Assembly (NCBI GenBank): GCA_907165135.1
Contig: OU015566.1
Coordinates: forward strand, 9,672,001 to 9,736,000
Length of the DNA stretch: 64,000 nt
Source: Oikopleura dioica
Lineage: Eukaryota; Animalia; Chordata
Reading direction: 5' to 3'
Below, piece after piece: positions 37,937 to 50,089 of the stretch; the first letter of the stretch is position 1; each line of letters begins with the position of its first letter. The notes beneath the pieces are model-generated. The model was not told the origin of the DNA and did no database searches. It worked only from the letters and a program-made list of their open reading frames with translations. A program made the position numbers and the translations under genes.

Positions 37937-40318
37937 ATGCGCTTCTATAAAAGCGCTTCGCTGGAATCTCAAATTCAATTTATCATAAAAATGATGGGAA
38001 AAGATTTTTTGGAGGAAAAGCGCAATGCATTTCCGCGATTTTTCTTCCTCGATGACGGTGATCTTTCTGAGCTTTTTGAGAGCAAAGATGATTTCGATGC
38101 AGTTCAGCCTTTTTTCGAGAAGCTTTTCGATGGCGTTTCTTCAGTAGAGCTCGACGCAGAAAAGAAGAATATTGTTGCGATGAAGTCGAAGCTCAACGAA
38201 CGACTTGAGCTTGCTGAACTAGTCTCTATCGCTCAGTCGCAAGAAAGATGGCTGTCGAAGTTCGAGGAGTCCACGAAAAAATCTGTTTCCAACGCGATTC
38301 TTCATGCTTACGAGACTTATGAGAAAAGCGCTGATAGAATCGAGTGGATCAAAAGCAATCCTGCCCAAGCATCAATTGTTGCGACGCATTTGAAGCATAC
38401 AGAAGCAGTTGAAAAAGCCATCATGGCTTCTGGAAATCTTAGCACTGTGTTGGAAGATATTGAAAAGCAATTAGAAGCACTGACAAAGGAGGTTTTGAAA
38501 GATTTGGACCAGCGGGAAAGGTGCTTGATGGAAAACATGATTATTAACCAGGTTTGGCTGATGTAGAAAATAAGGCAAGTAAGTCAAATTCAGGTTCATG
38601 ACCGGGAAATACTGAAACAAATCATCGCTGGGACGAAAACTTGGGAATCAACTCTTCGTTTTTACCTCGAAAATGGTCAGGTCATTGTCAAAATGAATGA
38701 TTCTCAAAACGAGTATGGAAACGAATACCTCGGAAACAAGTCTCAGCTTGTCATTACTCCTCTGACAGACATTGCATACAGTTCGATTCTGACCGCAAAG
38801 GAGAACTTTCTTTGTTCTGCTCCTCAAGGACCGGCTGGAACGGGAAAAACGGAAACGACTAAAGATCTCGCTAGAGCGCTGGGAAAGAATTGCGTCGTTA
38901 TCAATTCTTCCGACCAATTGACGGAGAAGGAGACAGCGGAAATTTTCAAGGGATGTCTTACAAGTGGATCATGGGTCTGTTTCGATGAATTTAATCGAAT
39001 CACCGCGGATGTTTTGGAAAAAATTGGAGAACAACTTCGAGCTATTCAAAAGCATAGGGAGGAGAAGAAGGGGACGATTGAGGACTTCTGCGGTTCGAAA
39101 AATCTAAAGGAATGGGTAAATTATTTATACGCTTTAGGATCAATCAATTAATGATTTTTATGAAAAAAAAATAATCGTTCCTTTCGCCAATTTACCCACC
39201 ACACAAGCTCCGCGAAGAAAGCTTTGTCGCGATCACAATGAATCCAGGCTACGATGGACGAACTGAACTACCGGAAAATCTGAAGACATTGTTCCAATCA
39301 ATTTCAATGACAGTTCCTGACCGAGGAGTGATTTCGGAAATAAAACTGTATTCGGCCGGAATTCAAACAGCAAATCAACTCGGAGATAAAGTCGCTTTGT
39401 TCCACAAGCTGTGCGAGGAGAAGCTAAGCAAACAGGTTTCTTTTCTTCTCGGTGTTTGATCATAACAGTTTTTGAAGGCGCATTATGATTTTGGACTTCG
39501 AGCTATTCTGAAATCTGTATCAAGCGCAAAAGCTCTCAAACTACTCTTTCCCGCCGAAAAAGAAATCGATCTTGTGTGCGATGCTCTCCGAACTCAACAT
39601 TTCGGAAAGCTAACTGAAGAAGATATCTCGGTTTTCGAGCAAGTCATGGAAGAAGTTTTTCCTGGCTACCAATTGTTGAAGGAAAACAACGAGGAATTCA
39701 AACGTATCGCCACTGAAATAATCAAGTCTCTTGAGTTGAAAGTATGGAAATTCATTAATTCAACATTATATATTTTTTTCCAGGCAACTGAAAAATTCCT
39801 CACTCGTCTGACTCTCGCCTTCAAGATCATGAGAAATCGTCATGGCTTGCTCATTCTGGGACAAGCTCGCACGGGAAAGTCAACGTTTTTGGAAGTCCTT
39901 CAAAAAACTCTTTCCAAGCTAAATGATGATGATCAAACACAAGATGGCGAACCTGTTCTGGCGGTTGATACCGAAACCATTTGCATCGAGAAGCTGAGTT
40001 TAGATGAACTCTATGGATCATTCGATTCAACAACGAAAAAATGGAGGGATGGCAAAATCACCAAGGTTTTCCGAAAGTTCGCTTCGGCAGCTGACAATCG
40101 CCAAAAATGGATCATCTTCAGCGGTCGAATTGATCCCGTTTGGGTAGAGCAACTAAACTCTGTTCTCGACGATAACAAAAAAGCTCTGCCTTGAGAATGG
40201 AGAAATCATTCAAGCAAGCAAGAACATGCGCTTCATTTTCGAAACCAGCGATTGCAACAAAGCGACACCTGCATTCATCTCCAGATCTGGCGTAATTCTT
40301 CTCAGCGAAAAATTTTAA
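37937..40318 (+). CDS. Truncated dynein heavy-chain-like protein (linker end + AAA1 + AAA2 only)
   Basis: LEEKRNAFPRFFFL, GPAGTGKTET, CFDEFNRI, MNPGYDGRTELPENLK, HYDFGLR, GQARTGKS, WIIFSGRIDPVWVEQLNSVLDDNKK, then LCLENGE..ISRSG and a stop at 40316-40318 (needs a 1-nt correction in the A6 run at 40177-40182). Confidence 0.85.
39110..39207 (+). other. Non-canonical GA-AG intron with 9-bp perfect stem (dynein-like gene)
   Basis: aag|GAAT-GGGTAAATT...AATTTACCC-accacacAAG|ctc; joins to LREESFVAITMNPGY. Confidence 0.8.
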
Positions 40319-40743
40319 CGCCTTTTTTCCTGCAAAATCATCTGACAGAATAATAAATCATCAAATTTGACTAAAAGTTTGGAGTAAAAAGTTTCTACTA
40401 GAAACGTTTTCGGAAAGAATGACCTTGTAATAATGCATCAGTATTAAAAGCATGCTGTTGTTTATCAGCAAATAGACGCCCGCGATCCAAAAAAATCAAA
40501 TTATTGATAAACCATTACTGGAACGGTTCAAGTCTGGAATCAGACTTGTATAATAATTCTAGTGCTTCGCTGAAATTGCCCGAGGCTGCTCAGAAGAGGC
40601 AGGCCCGTCTGACGCTTGAAATTGTGTCAGATCGCAGCACCACCTCCAACAAAAAAAGTTCCGCTTTTTGTACTTTCTGACGTTGAGAGATTATCGGCAA
40701 CATCCGAAAAAACAGGAAAATAGAGAGGAAAAGAATTGGAAGA

Positions 40744-42969
40744 ATGATTGGGGCTTTGGCCTTCTGCTTGTTGGGGGCCGATGGAGTTAATGGATTCAGA
40801 GGTGCTTAGCGTGAAAGAGCTTGTGCATAAAATAGACATTCAATATAAAGATCAAGGAACTGATAACGTAACCTTGCAAATCTTAGGAATTTTATGTTAG
40901 AATAAAGTCGTAAATAATATCTTCTGAAAGTTCTATTTTATAGAAGATCTACTTTAGCAGTAGTTTTTGTTGACGATTTAAAATATTTCACAACTCATAG
41001 TTATTAAAAGAGTGTATGAAAGTATTCCTTTTATAACTATTAGAGTAGTGTTTTTGTTCCTTATTCAATGTGATTTATACATTATTAATTAAATACTTTA
41101 CAAAAGTTGTTTTGAAAAAAATTTCTTACAGTTATTTTCAGTAAGACGTGATCTGTCAGCAGGATGTGGCCAAAAAGTCATGTGAGTATTCAAACCATAA
41201 CAATTGCTATTTAAAGCTCGCCCGAATTTGGCCTTTCTAGAGGTTGGCCAATCGTGTTTGTGCACGGGTGGTGGCGGAGTTGTACCGCCCGAGCGACGCG
41301 TATCTTTGAACGTCGAAATTGAAATGTAAAATTATTTAGGCTCACGCATGTCGATACCGCCGTCCTTAACTCGCCACGTTATCCTGGTTCTTTTATTGAA
41401 CAAGTAATTGATTAACACGTGCTTCAAGAACTTAGCCTTTGTTTTAAGAACCAATGTTTATGGGAAGTGCGATCATTCGATCCTCAAGCTCGCCTCAAAA
41501 TCGTGTTCGATGACTGGGCAATGCCTTTATCCCCAAGTGGCGATTGCGTTGCTAACTATCTTGAGATCCAGGAGCATCAAACCTTTGGCGTGTCTCAGAG
41601 TGTAAAACTCTGCGGCCAAAATCCGGGCTTTTACGTGTCTAACAATGACAAAATTACTCTCGTGCTTAGAAGCTCCGCCCAAATACAAGGTGTGTTATGT
41701 AACAAAGAATGAAATATCTAGGGCAGTTTATGAGAATGTAGAATATTTTACATAACAGTCTTCAATAATAATTTATTCAATAATCGTCAATGAGTAAAAG
41801 ATGTTTCAATTTTCCGCTCCGAATTCGACAATAAATTTTATAATGATTATTCCGAGTGATATAATTATTATACCGTATGTATTCAAATTTGAATAACCGA
41901 TACACAAGAATACTGCGAGACGAAAATTACCATTTCACTGAAAATATTCAATGACTCTCGACGATGCTTTGCACTATTTTCTGCTGACAGGGAAATAAAC
42001 GGTATTTTAGGAGATAAGAGCTTCTCGTTGCGCGTTGGTTTGACAACCGAGCCCTCAAGAACACTTGCTCAGGACGGGAGCTTTGTCGTCAACGGAGAAA
42101 GCCCACTTCCTCGTCCGACGCAGCCGCCGATGCCGATGCCACAGCAGCCGATTCAGCCAAGGCAGCAAATGCCATTTGGAAATCAGCTTGAGTTACAAAA
42201 ATTATATGAGCTTATCAGTTACTTTCAAGCTCTTATTTTCTAACTCTCAATAAGCCACCTAGCATTAACCTTTTCGCTCAACAACCAGCCCCCGTGGCCC
42301 CTCGAGGCATCGAAATGAAATCAGCTGGGCTTCCCCCACCTTCGCAGTACCAACCTCCGCAGCAGCCACCAGCTCAGCCAGCTTATGGCCAAGTTCCTCC
42401 AAGTTCAAATTACTATGCTTACGGCGGAGCTCCAAATGTGTATCAGCAGCCGATCGGAAGTGATTACGGGTATTACTACGATGATTACTACGGAGATGGA
42501 GAGGAGATAAGCGCTGGAAATAAGGCTGTAGCGGTTTTGTTTACGATCACTGTGGTTTTATGTTTCCTAGCAGTCGGATTCTACTTCTATCAAGAATGGC
42601 AAAAGAAGAATAATCCACCAGGTAAGAAAACCGAAAGAGAAAAGAGCCATAAATTGATTGAAGACAACGAAGACCCAGGAGCACCGCCAAGAAAAGCAAC
42701 TCTTCGGGGACACCTAAAGAACCTCGACGAGTTCAAAAAGCAACTTGCTGAGCGAATGGCAGATAGAACCGCCGGTGTTCGCGAGCAAATCAAGACCAGA
42801 ACGATCAAGGCGAACGAAAAACTCAAAGTGAAAGCGGCCGAAGTGAAAACAAGACTTTCCCGCAGAGCATCTAAACATGGAGATGATTCCATCCCCCAAC
42901 AAGGTTTGTTTTGATTTGATTGGAAAAGAAAGTAAGTCTGTTTCAGCTCAAAACAATCCAGCTAATTGA
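40744..42969 (+). CDS. Single-pass membrane protein with CUB domain and Pro/Gln-rich stalk
   Basis: Signal-like MIGALAFCLLGA, CUB-like LNSPRYPG..NQCLWEV..C..NYLEI..KLCG..LVLRS, transmembrane AVAVLFTITVVLCFLAVGFYFY, and a basic cytosolic tail. Confidence 0.75.
42187..42254 (+). other. Apparent CT-AG intron with stem (CUB gene)
   Basis: cag|CTT-GAGTTAcAAAA...TTTTcTAACTC-tcaatAAG|cca (10/11 bp). Confidence 0.6.
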
Positions 42970-43141
42970 TGTCCAGAGATAATGAATTCAAGCAGTCACC
43001 TACTAACAACTGAAATAAACATGAATCGTATATAATAATTATTATATTATATAATTTATATAGGACTTTCGCTGACATATAAAACCTGTAAAACTGTACA
43101 TTTTGACAATAAACCTAACTTATTTGAATATCGTTTCTGAC

Positions 43142-43301
43142 CAGGCTTCTAAATAGACAAGTCGAGTTTCTACTAAAGTCGAAGTCAAGTCGAATCTAGT
43201 CGAAAAGTCGTAGATCGACTCGACTGGACTTCGGATTTCCAGAGGGCTTTTCGACTCGACTAGACTCGACTCCTGATTTTCAACTCAAATTAAGTACCCT
43301 G
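43142..43301. mobile_element. Degenerate short hAT-type MITE with GACTC/AGTCG repeats
   Basis: Ends CAGGCTTCTAAAT vs reverse complement CAGGGTACTTAAT (10/13). Imperfect 8-bp flanks TTTCTGAC / TTTATTAC. Dense (G)ACTCGAC repeats inside. Confidence 0.5.
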
Positions 43302-43488
43302 TTTATTACAAGACCCACATCTGCTTCTTCAGCGAAGATCGAAGAATCGAGCGTCTCAGTTCTAGAGAAAATACATTGCCGAAAATATTGAGCTCACGCT
43401 CTAGATCAGCGCCGGTAGAGATCTTCGCCAACTTCTTTCATTTCGTCATTTTGGAAAGTTAATCCACAAGAGAAAAAGGAAATTTGTC

Positions 43489-45937
43489 ATGGAAGCCGGA
43501 AGGAAAGCTGCTGGTTTCGTCACCGATTTGGACAATTTGATCCACAGGATGAAACTGGAGGACATTCAAGACCGTTTCAAGTTTTCAGGTGCGAGAGAGT
43601 TTTCGTGAAGACGCTATTTTTCTCTTAGAATTTACGAAAAAATGGCAAGACATGGGATACTACAATTTATTCGATGGTCGATCGAGTGAGTCTGACAAGG
43701 CAGATTTCATCGAATCTTGCTTTCACATTCTCGTGCAGTTTTTCCGGCTTGATAATGTAAGGTCTTCGTTGCGTTCTTTTTGCACAGTTTTCAGGTTGGG
43801 GATCATGGCAAAACGATGTGTATTTACATGCTTTTCGCGCTGTATTCAACCCAAAGATGTACTCCAAAGAGAAAGATTCGATTGGGCACTCAAGATTTCG
43901 TTTCGATGTGGACTTTTGCGAAGAGAGCGTACTGTATGGGCGTTGGACTGGAACAGTATGCCATTTTCTGGCAACTTTATCACCTTCAGTAAATATTCTA
44001 GTCAGTTATCTTTTTCTTATGTAAATTCTAGCGCGTTTGAATACCCGCTCACGAGCACACCAAAGCTTCTTGGTACATCTGATATTTGGCTCCCAAAGAT
44101 CAACGCAGACGAAGCTAGCCCGGCACTAGAAAATGTCGTCAACAAAATCCCGGTAATAAAAAGCTCTTATCCTCAATCATGACTTTTCTTTTTAAGCCTC
44201 AGTTTGGCGAGGAGCTGTCAAGAGCATGTACTGCACTGAGAATCACACATGATGCCTACAGGTCGACATTTCAAAGATGGCACGACATGTCGCCTCCAGG
44301 AATGCCGCTGATGGAATTTGAAAGCATTGAAAATCCCGCTGAAGAAATTGATAGCATTAGAAGAGGCATCATGGTACTCCTCGTTGATTTCAAAAAACTA
44401 AAGATTTCGCATTTTAGGAGAGATATCAGCATCAAACTGGGAATGCTCCTCCTGATGTAGAGGACAACTCAATTTTCACGAGAAGACAGCGTATTCGTCG
44501 AACGGCCCAGACATCTCTCGTATCTAGCTATTTCGTCGTTGATGAAGGTGGGCAGCAACAAGCTCCTCAGCCACCTAAAGAACCGAAGAAGGTGATTGTC
44601 CGACAACACAAACCAGTTGAGACATTCATCCAAAAACACCTCGTCGAAAAGCAGAATCTCTTTCCAAAGGGAAATCGAAGTATTTATCCTTCAAAGGTAT
44701 GATTTGCCAAGAATGATGTTTCACAATTAACTAGGATCTCGTTCAAATCGCCAATTCCAACAGAGTCAAACGAGGGCGACCCTTTGTTGTGGACGTTGAA
44801 AGAAGAGTGATCCAGAAGGGAAAACGAGGCCAGTGGCATGTTCGAGAAGATAAGCTGCAGGATTCTGAAACCGAAGAAGAAGACGAAGCTGAAAAAGATG
44901 TTGTCCAAGAAGTCGCTTCTTCAGATGACGAAAAGGAAGACGGAGTGAAGAAGAACATCAAGCATGTGATAAGGGTAACGAGAGACAGAGTCCGAAACGA
45001 GATCGAACGAAAGAACCGGATGGAAGAATTGGACCAAGAGCGAAAAGAACTGGAAGCGGCTCGTGAGCAGGGCGTAAGTCAGGATACCCTCGCGCTGATT
45101 GAAAAAGAGATGAAGAAGAAGCAGAAAATTATCGACTTGATGGGCCCAGTGAAAGTCAAGAACCCGAACGTCGGAAGACCACGAAAGCAAGATCCGAGAA
45201 AGGAGGAAACACGAGCGAAGCCACCATCCAAAAAGGAACAGAAAGAGAAACTCCAAATGGAAATTGAAAAGATGAGGAAAAAGAGAGTGACGCAAGCGGC
45301 CTCGAGAAAGTCAAAATTGGCGAAAATTACGGATCAGGATGAACCGAAGAAGAAACGAGTGAGAAGAACAAAAGCGCAGATGGAGGAAGCAAGACGAATT
45401 GAAGGAGAGATGAAGGCGCAAAAAGTGTTTGAACGAGAAGAAAATGCTCGACGTAAACAGGCTGAAAAAGACGCGGCTAGATTACTGAAACAAGCCGAGA
45501 AAGAAGAGAAGAAAGCAAAGAAACTCGCGGAAAAGGAAGAAAAAGAGCGGAAAAGGGCGAACGATCACATGGACTTCTACAAGTTGAAGGTCGGCGACTA
45601 CATGCAAATCGAAGACGAGGGCATTGTCGAGGGCCCGGTTATTATAAAAATCACGAGAATCGATGAAACACTCGAAGCGATTCGTGGCTTCATCTGGAAA
45701 ATAGTAAGATAACAGTAAAAACAAACAACTTGAATGTCTTTTTAGATGGATGGCGAGGTTGGAATGGCGCTGTACGAACGACTTTGGATGCCAATCCACG
45801 AGAAGCGATTCGATCGGGAATATGTCTTCTGCAGGGAAGATTTCGTTCAAAAAGTGACGATGCGAAAGGCCAAGAATGGGCTGAAACTCAGCGCAAAGTC
45901 GGCTCAGCATGTCGCCGCGAAATATCCTGATCTGTAA
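43489..45937 (+). CDS. Unknown multi-exon protein with long K/E/R-rich coiled coil and a small beta-rich C-terminal domain
   Basis: About 7 exons joined in phase by GT-AG introns, including ORFs 43780, 44179, 44789 and 45746. No family recognised. Confidence 0.65.
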
Positions 45938-47390
45938 ATATGATATTTTTCTGCATTTTGAAGTGAATAAAAGTCTCCTCAATTTGATCGAAGAAGAACA
46001 AATAATTTATCGATGAAACCATGCAGGAAAAGCTTCTCTAAAACCACAATAGGCGTGTTCAACTACCGATGACGGAAACTCGCGTCAACGTAATCACAAC
46101 TATTTCGCCAACCCTTTCCGGCGCAATGATCAATCACGCTCTTGCAAATCGTGTTCTTATATAATTTTAAACAACTTCTAAATGTTCCGAAGTTGTATCC
46201 ATCGTTTTTACGAAATATTCGCACGAAAATGGTGTCACCAATATTTATCCATAGATTGGTCAAATCCGAATCAAGGAGTGCAACATTTATTTTGGCGAAA
46301 ATAGAATACGCATTTGGGAAAATCTTTCTTTCTAATTAGGTAAGCTTCCGGTTTAGGCGCGCGAGGCTACCGGACTCCACGTTGATCACCCGGAAGTTTT
46401 TTAGATTTCCTTCTCACAAAGCCTTACTATTCTTGAGGCGTCGTGGAGAAAGTTCATTATTGAAGTTTTTTTCTCTTGATGTTCTTGAGACTTCGAAGGT
46501 TGAACTTTCAGAAAAATACTGTAAATACCGGAAGACGGGCGGCATTGCATGTTGAGGGGAACGGGGAGCCCTGCCTGACTTACGAAATTACATAATGCTC
46601 CCGTCCCTTTTCCCAAATCCGAAAGAGTTTTGAGCGTTTCTTTTAGAAAAAAAAACCACCCGATAAACAGCCAGCTCACACCTTCTAATTCAATTGTCTC
46701 GTGTATGCTCCTTCTCAATGGGTAAAAACGTGGTGCAAAAATGTGTATACCCCGTGATTAATGATAAAACGATTCTGCTAAGCCGCGGCTTTGGGGTCAA
46801 CACAGATGTCACCAAGAGCCGTGTGTTCCTTTTTTTTCCAAAAAGATTTTTCCACGAGCATTTTCTTCATTTCCTGAAATCAAAGTCATTCGACCCAGCT
46901 TTGATTAGATTTCCGAAAAAGAGCAACAGATTGGAAGATCGCTGACGTGACTTTTTTGTATTTTCAAGATTGCCGGACATAATAAACTATCAATAAGCTG
47001 CGTAAAAATCGTTGGAGGAAAATTTTGTTGATGTCAAAGTTTGGAACAACCATCTGGATCGGACAATTCACTTGTTGATCCTTCCAAAGCTCGTTACTTG
47101 TAACCTGTTTCTATTGTGTTTTTTTTTCTTGGCCCGTATCTAGTATCAGCCTGCGGTTGGATTCGAGAAACGTCAAAATAACCAAACCGGTTGAAAACCC
47201 AGTGTTTATGATTCTGCTCGAATGAAATTAGAATGATGATATTTGTAGCTTGAGAATTTCAAGGTTATATTTGCAGGTGTTAAAATACTACTGTACAGAC
47301 TGACTGAGTTTTCTCGTGAGATGATTTTGAGAGAAGGTTTTGTAAATATAAAATATAAAGAGTTTTGATTTCTGCTAGCAGATTGGGAGT

Positions 47391-47961
47391 TTAATAATAG
47401 AATCCCTGTCGTGGCTGCTGGTAGTAGAAACCTTGTCGAGGTTGCTGGTAATAGAAGCCTTGTCGGGGTTGCTGGTAGTAGAATCCCTGGTCATAGTAGA
47501 ATCCTTGGCGGGGCTGTTGGTAATAGAAGCCCTGGTCATAGTAAAAGCCTTGGCGGGGCTGGTCGTAGTAGAAACCTAGAAAAGATCGCTTTAGCTCATA
47601 TAAAGAACTTATAGTTTAGCTCTTCAGTCAAATTATATCGTTGACTTCGGCTGCATATCCCTCTCTCTTACCTTGTCGGGGCTGGTTGTAGTAGAAACCG
47701 TCGTAATAAAAGCCCTGTCGTGGTTCGTCATAGTAGAAACCTTGTCGAGGTTGTTGATAATAGAAGCCCTGATCATAGTAGAATCCTTGCTTTGGCTGCT
47801 GGTAATAGAAGCCCTGGTCGTAATAGAAGCCCTGTCGGGGTTCGTTGTAGTAAAATCCTAAAAAGAAGAAGCTGAAGGTTAAAAATATAAATTTCTCTCT
47901 AACCCTGGTTGGGCTGGTTGTAGTAGAATCCCTGTCGTGGCTGATTGTAGTAGAAACCCAT
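47391..47961 (-). CDS. 142-aa Tyr/Phe/Gly repeat protein, (GFYY-[D/N/Q][Q/E]-P[R/K]Q)n
   Basis: Exons 47904-47961, 47672-47857 and 47391-47575, joined by phase-1 GT-AG introns, give an uninterrupted frame with 18 GFYY units. Repeat divergence is mostly synonymous. Confidence 0.85.
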
Positions 47962-50089
47962 CTTTATATCTTCAGTTTATCTTTGTTGAGAGTGAACTGA
48001 TTAACGAAAAAATCGCGCATCGTTATATGCAATTATATTTCCGCTAGAGTCCTAATGAGAAAACATCATTTGTTTTCAAAAATAATAACTCGCTAATGAA
48101 GCGCTCTAAATTTTAGACATCATAGAAATGAAAATCAGGTCATCAATGGACTATTTTTCTTCCTTTTAGAATTAACTCTTAAATTTAGTGTATTATTGTT
48201 GAAGTTCATCCTTTCCAATATGCTCTTGAACACCCTTAAGGGGCCCCTCAACATATCCCCGTCAAATAACCCCTTGTATGATTCCCACGGACTTGAATCG
48301 TTGAATCTTTTTATTGAAAAAAATGGAGCTAGTTTCAAGTACGCCTTTCATGTTTTTCGGGATTTGTTCCTGGGAGGAATGAGGCTGCAATAGACCACAA
48401 GCTATTTGCTTCATAGATTAACTCAATCCATCTCTCTTCTGAAACAACATGTGTATCGCGGTTTCCTACACACTTTTTCTTAGCCAACGAAGTTTTATCG
48501 CAAGTCCAAACATTGTGACACTGCTTGTACTTGCTAACTGGAAATTATCAAATTAAATGAAACCACAACGACATATCTAATATTATTTTCAGCATTCGTT
48601 TATTTAGAGGTTCTGTCTGGAATCAGAGCGATCGTCTCATCGAATTTTGGTTGCAAAAGTTGAAGAATTTCTAAACTTGGGAAAGCCGCAAAGGTTCAAT
48701 TTTGATCTAAGAGGACCACAATAATCAAAGATATCCAAAGAAAAATAGCGTCCCGCTTCTTCTTCTCTTGGGAATGGAAGTGAACCGCGGAAGTAAAGTT
48801 TTCCGAATTTCGCGGTCGCATCCCGAAATGGCACTCGCCTTTGCTAATTATGGGGTTCCAAGCTTATCCGGGGGTAAATATCGTGCTCACCGCCGCGCAA
48901 CTACCAAAATATAATTTAATTCCGCCACTGCGCTTTTATTCAAAAGAAACAGTCAAAATATCAAGATTCGAGGGTTGAGTTTGAGGCTTTTCAAAAAGAA
49001 GCTCTAAAAGAAGATCCTTGTTGAATTTATCTTCTCTAATTGAAAATTGTTCGAGATAACAAAAGTTAATGTGAACCCTTCTCTTACAAGTCGTTCTGAT
49101 GAAGTCACTCGAACCGGAGCTTCCCGCGGATTTGTGACTTGTGAGATAACCAGAGTGTGTAATAGATCGCCAAAGATCGGATTTTCCAATTTTCGAGTTT
49201 TCAAATTTCCCCCTTTTTTTTGCTGATAAGCGCAAATTTCCGAAGCTGACAGTAGTTCATCGAAACCGGCGCGAAACCACACGGGTGTCACAAATTTAAC
49301 CAAATTTGTAAAACTCTATTCTAGGGGCAATTTGTCGAAATGTTATCAAATTTCTGCGGTCACCGCAACAGGAAATTAACAAATGAGCCCCAAATGACCG
49401 GTTTCAACGAAATTTTTTTCTAAAATGTGAATTTTTTGAAATGTCTGAATTTCTCGGAAATTAGGTTCGACTTATTTCTACCCTAAATATTTGCTTCATA
49501 TTTGATCCATGCTTCCGCCCAGGCGGCTCAAAAAAATAGACAGTAGGTAAACTCAACCTAATTGTGGAAAATTCAAGGTTCGAACATATTTTTCCTCTTT
49601 GTGGTTAGGGTTTGAGCATTTTCTGATTCTAGTTAAGACAGTATCTGATCTTGAAATCAGACTACTGCTGATTTCTATGTTGTTTATATGTAGTGTTCAA
49701 TGACCAGAAAGGCAGGCGCGTGCTTGGCCAGGCGAATGACCGTAACGGAAAAAAAGAAGATGGAAGATTTGATTTCTCGATAGTAATTCGAATGGAAGGC
49801 GGATTTATTTTGCGATAAATAGGAATGTACAGGAGCAGCAAGTGTGCTCGTGTGTATATTCAACGCGGCCTACATTTTTCTGCAACGAGCAGGTGCTGTT
49901 TTCAAGGCTTCAATGCACAAGGGTTGTCGCAACATAAACATAAGACGTTTTGGAAATACATAATTCTTTCTTACAGAGCTGCTACAGACCCTTACTTATG
50001 GTTTGGGTTAAAATTTCAAGTAATAAAAATATTCATATTTGAATGTCCTGTCCGTTCCGAACAGTGGTTGGCCAAGTTGAGGAGCCTTA

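Noticed and set aside
642-42254. Hairpin introns as recent MITE insertions
   Set aside because: No target-site duplication flanks the stems beyond a shared AG/G, and the interiors are unrelated. A transposon origin remains possible only as an old event.
47391-47961. Neuropeptide precursor interpretation of the GFYY protein
   Set aside because: No visible signal peptide, no dibasic sites and no Gly-Lys/Arg amidation signals; revisit only if an upstream exon is found.
48637-48834. DYCGP resembling a retro-integrase motif
   Set aside because: Isolated short match with no zinc finger, second Asp, RT or LTRs nearby.
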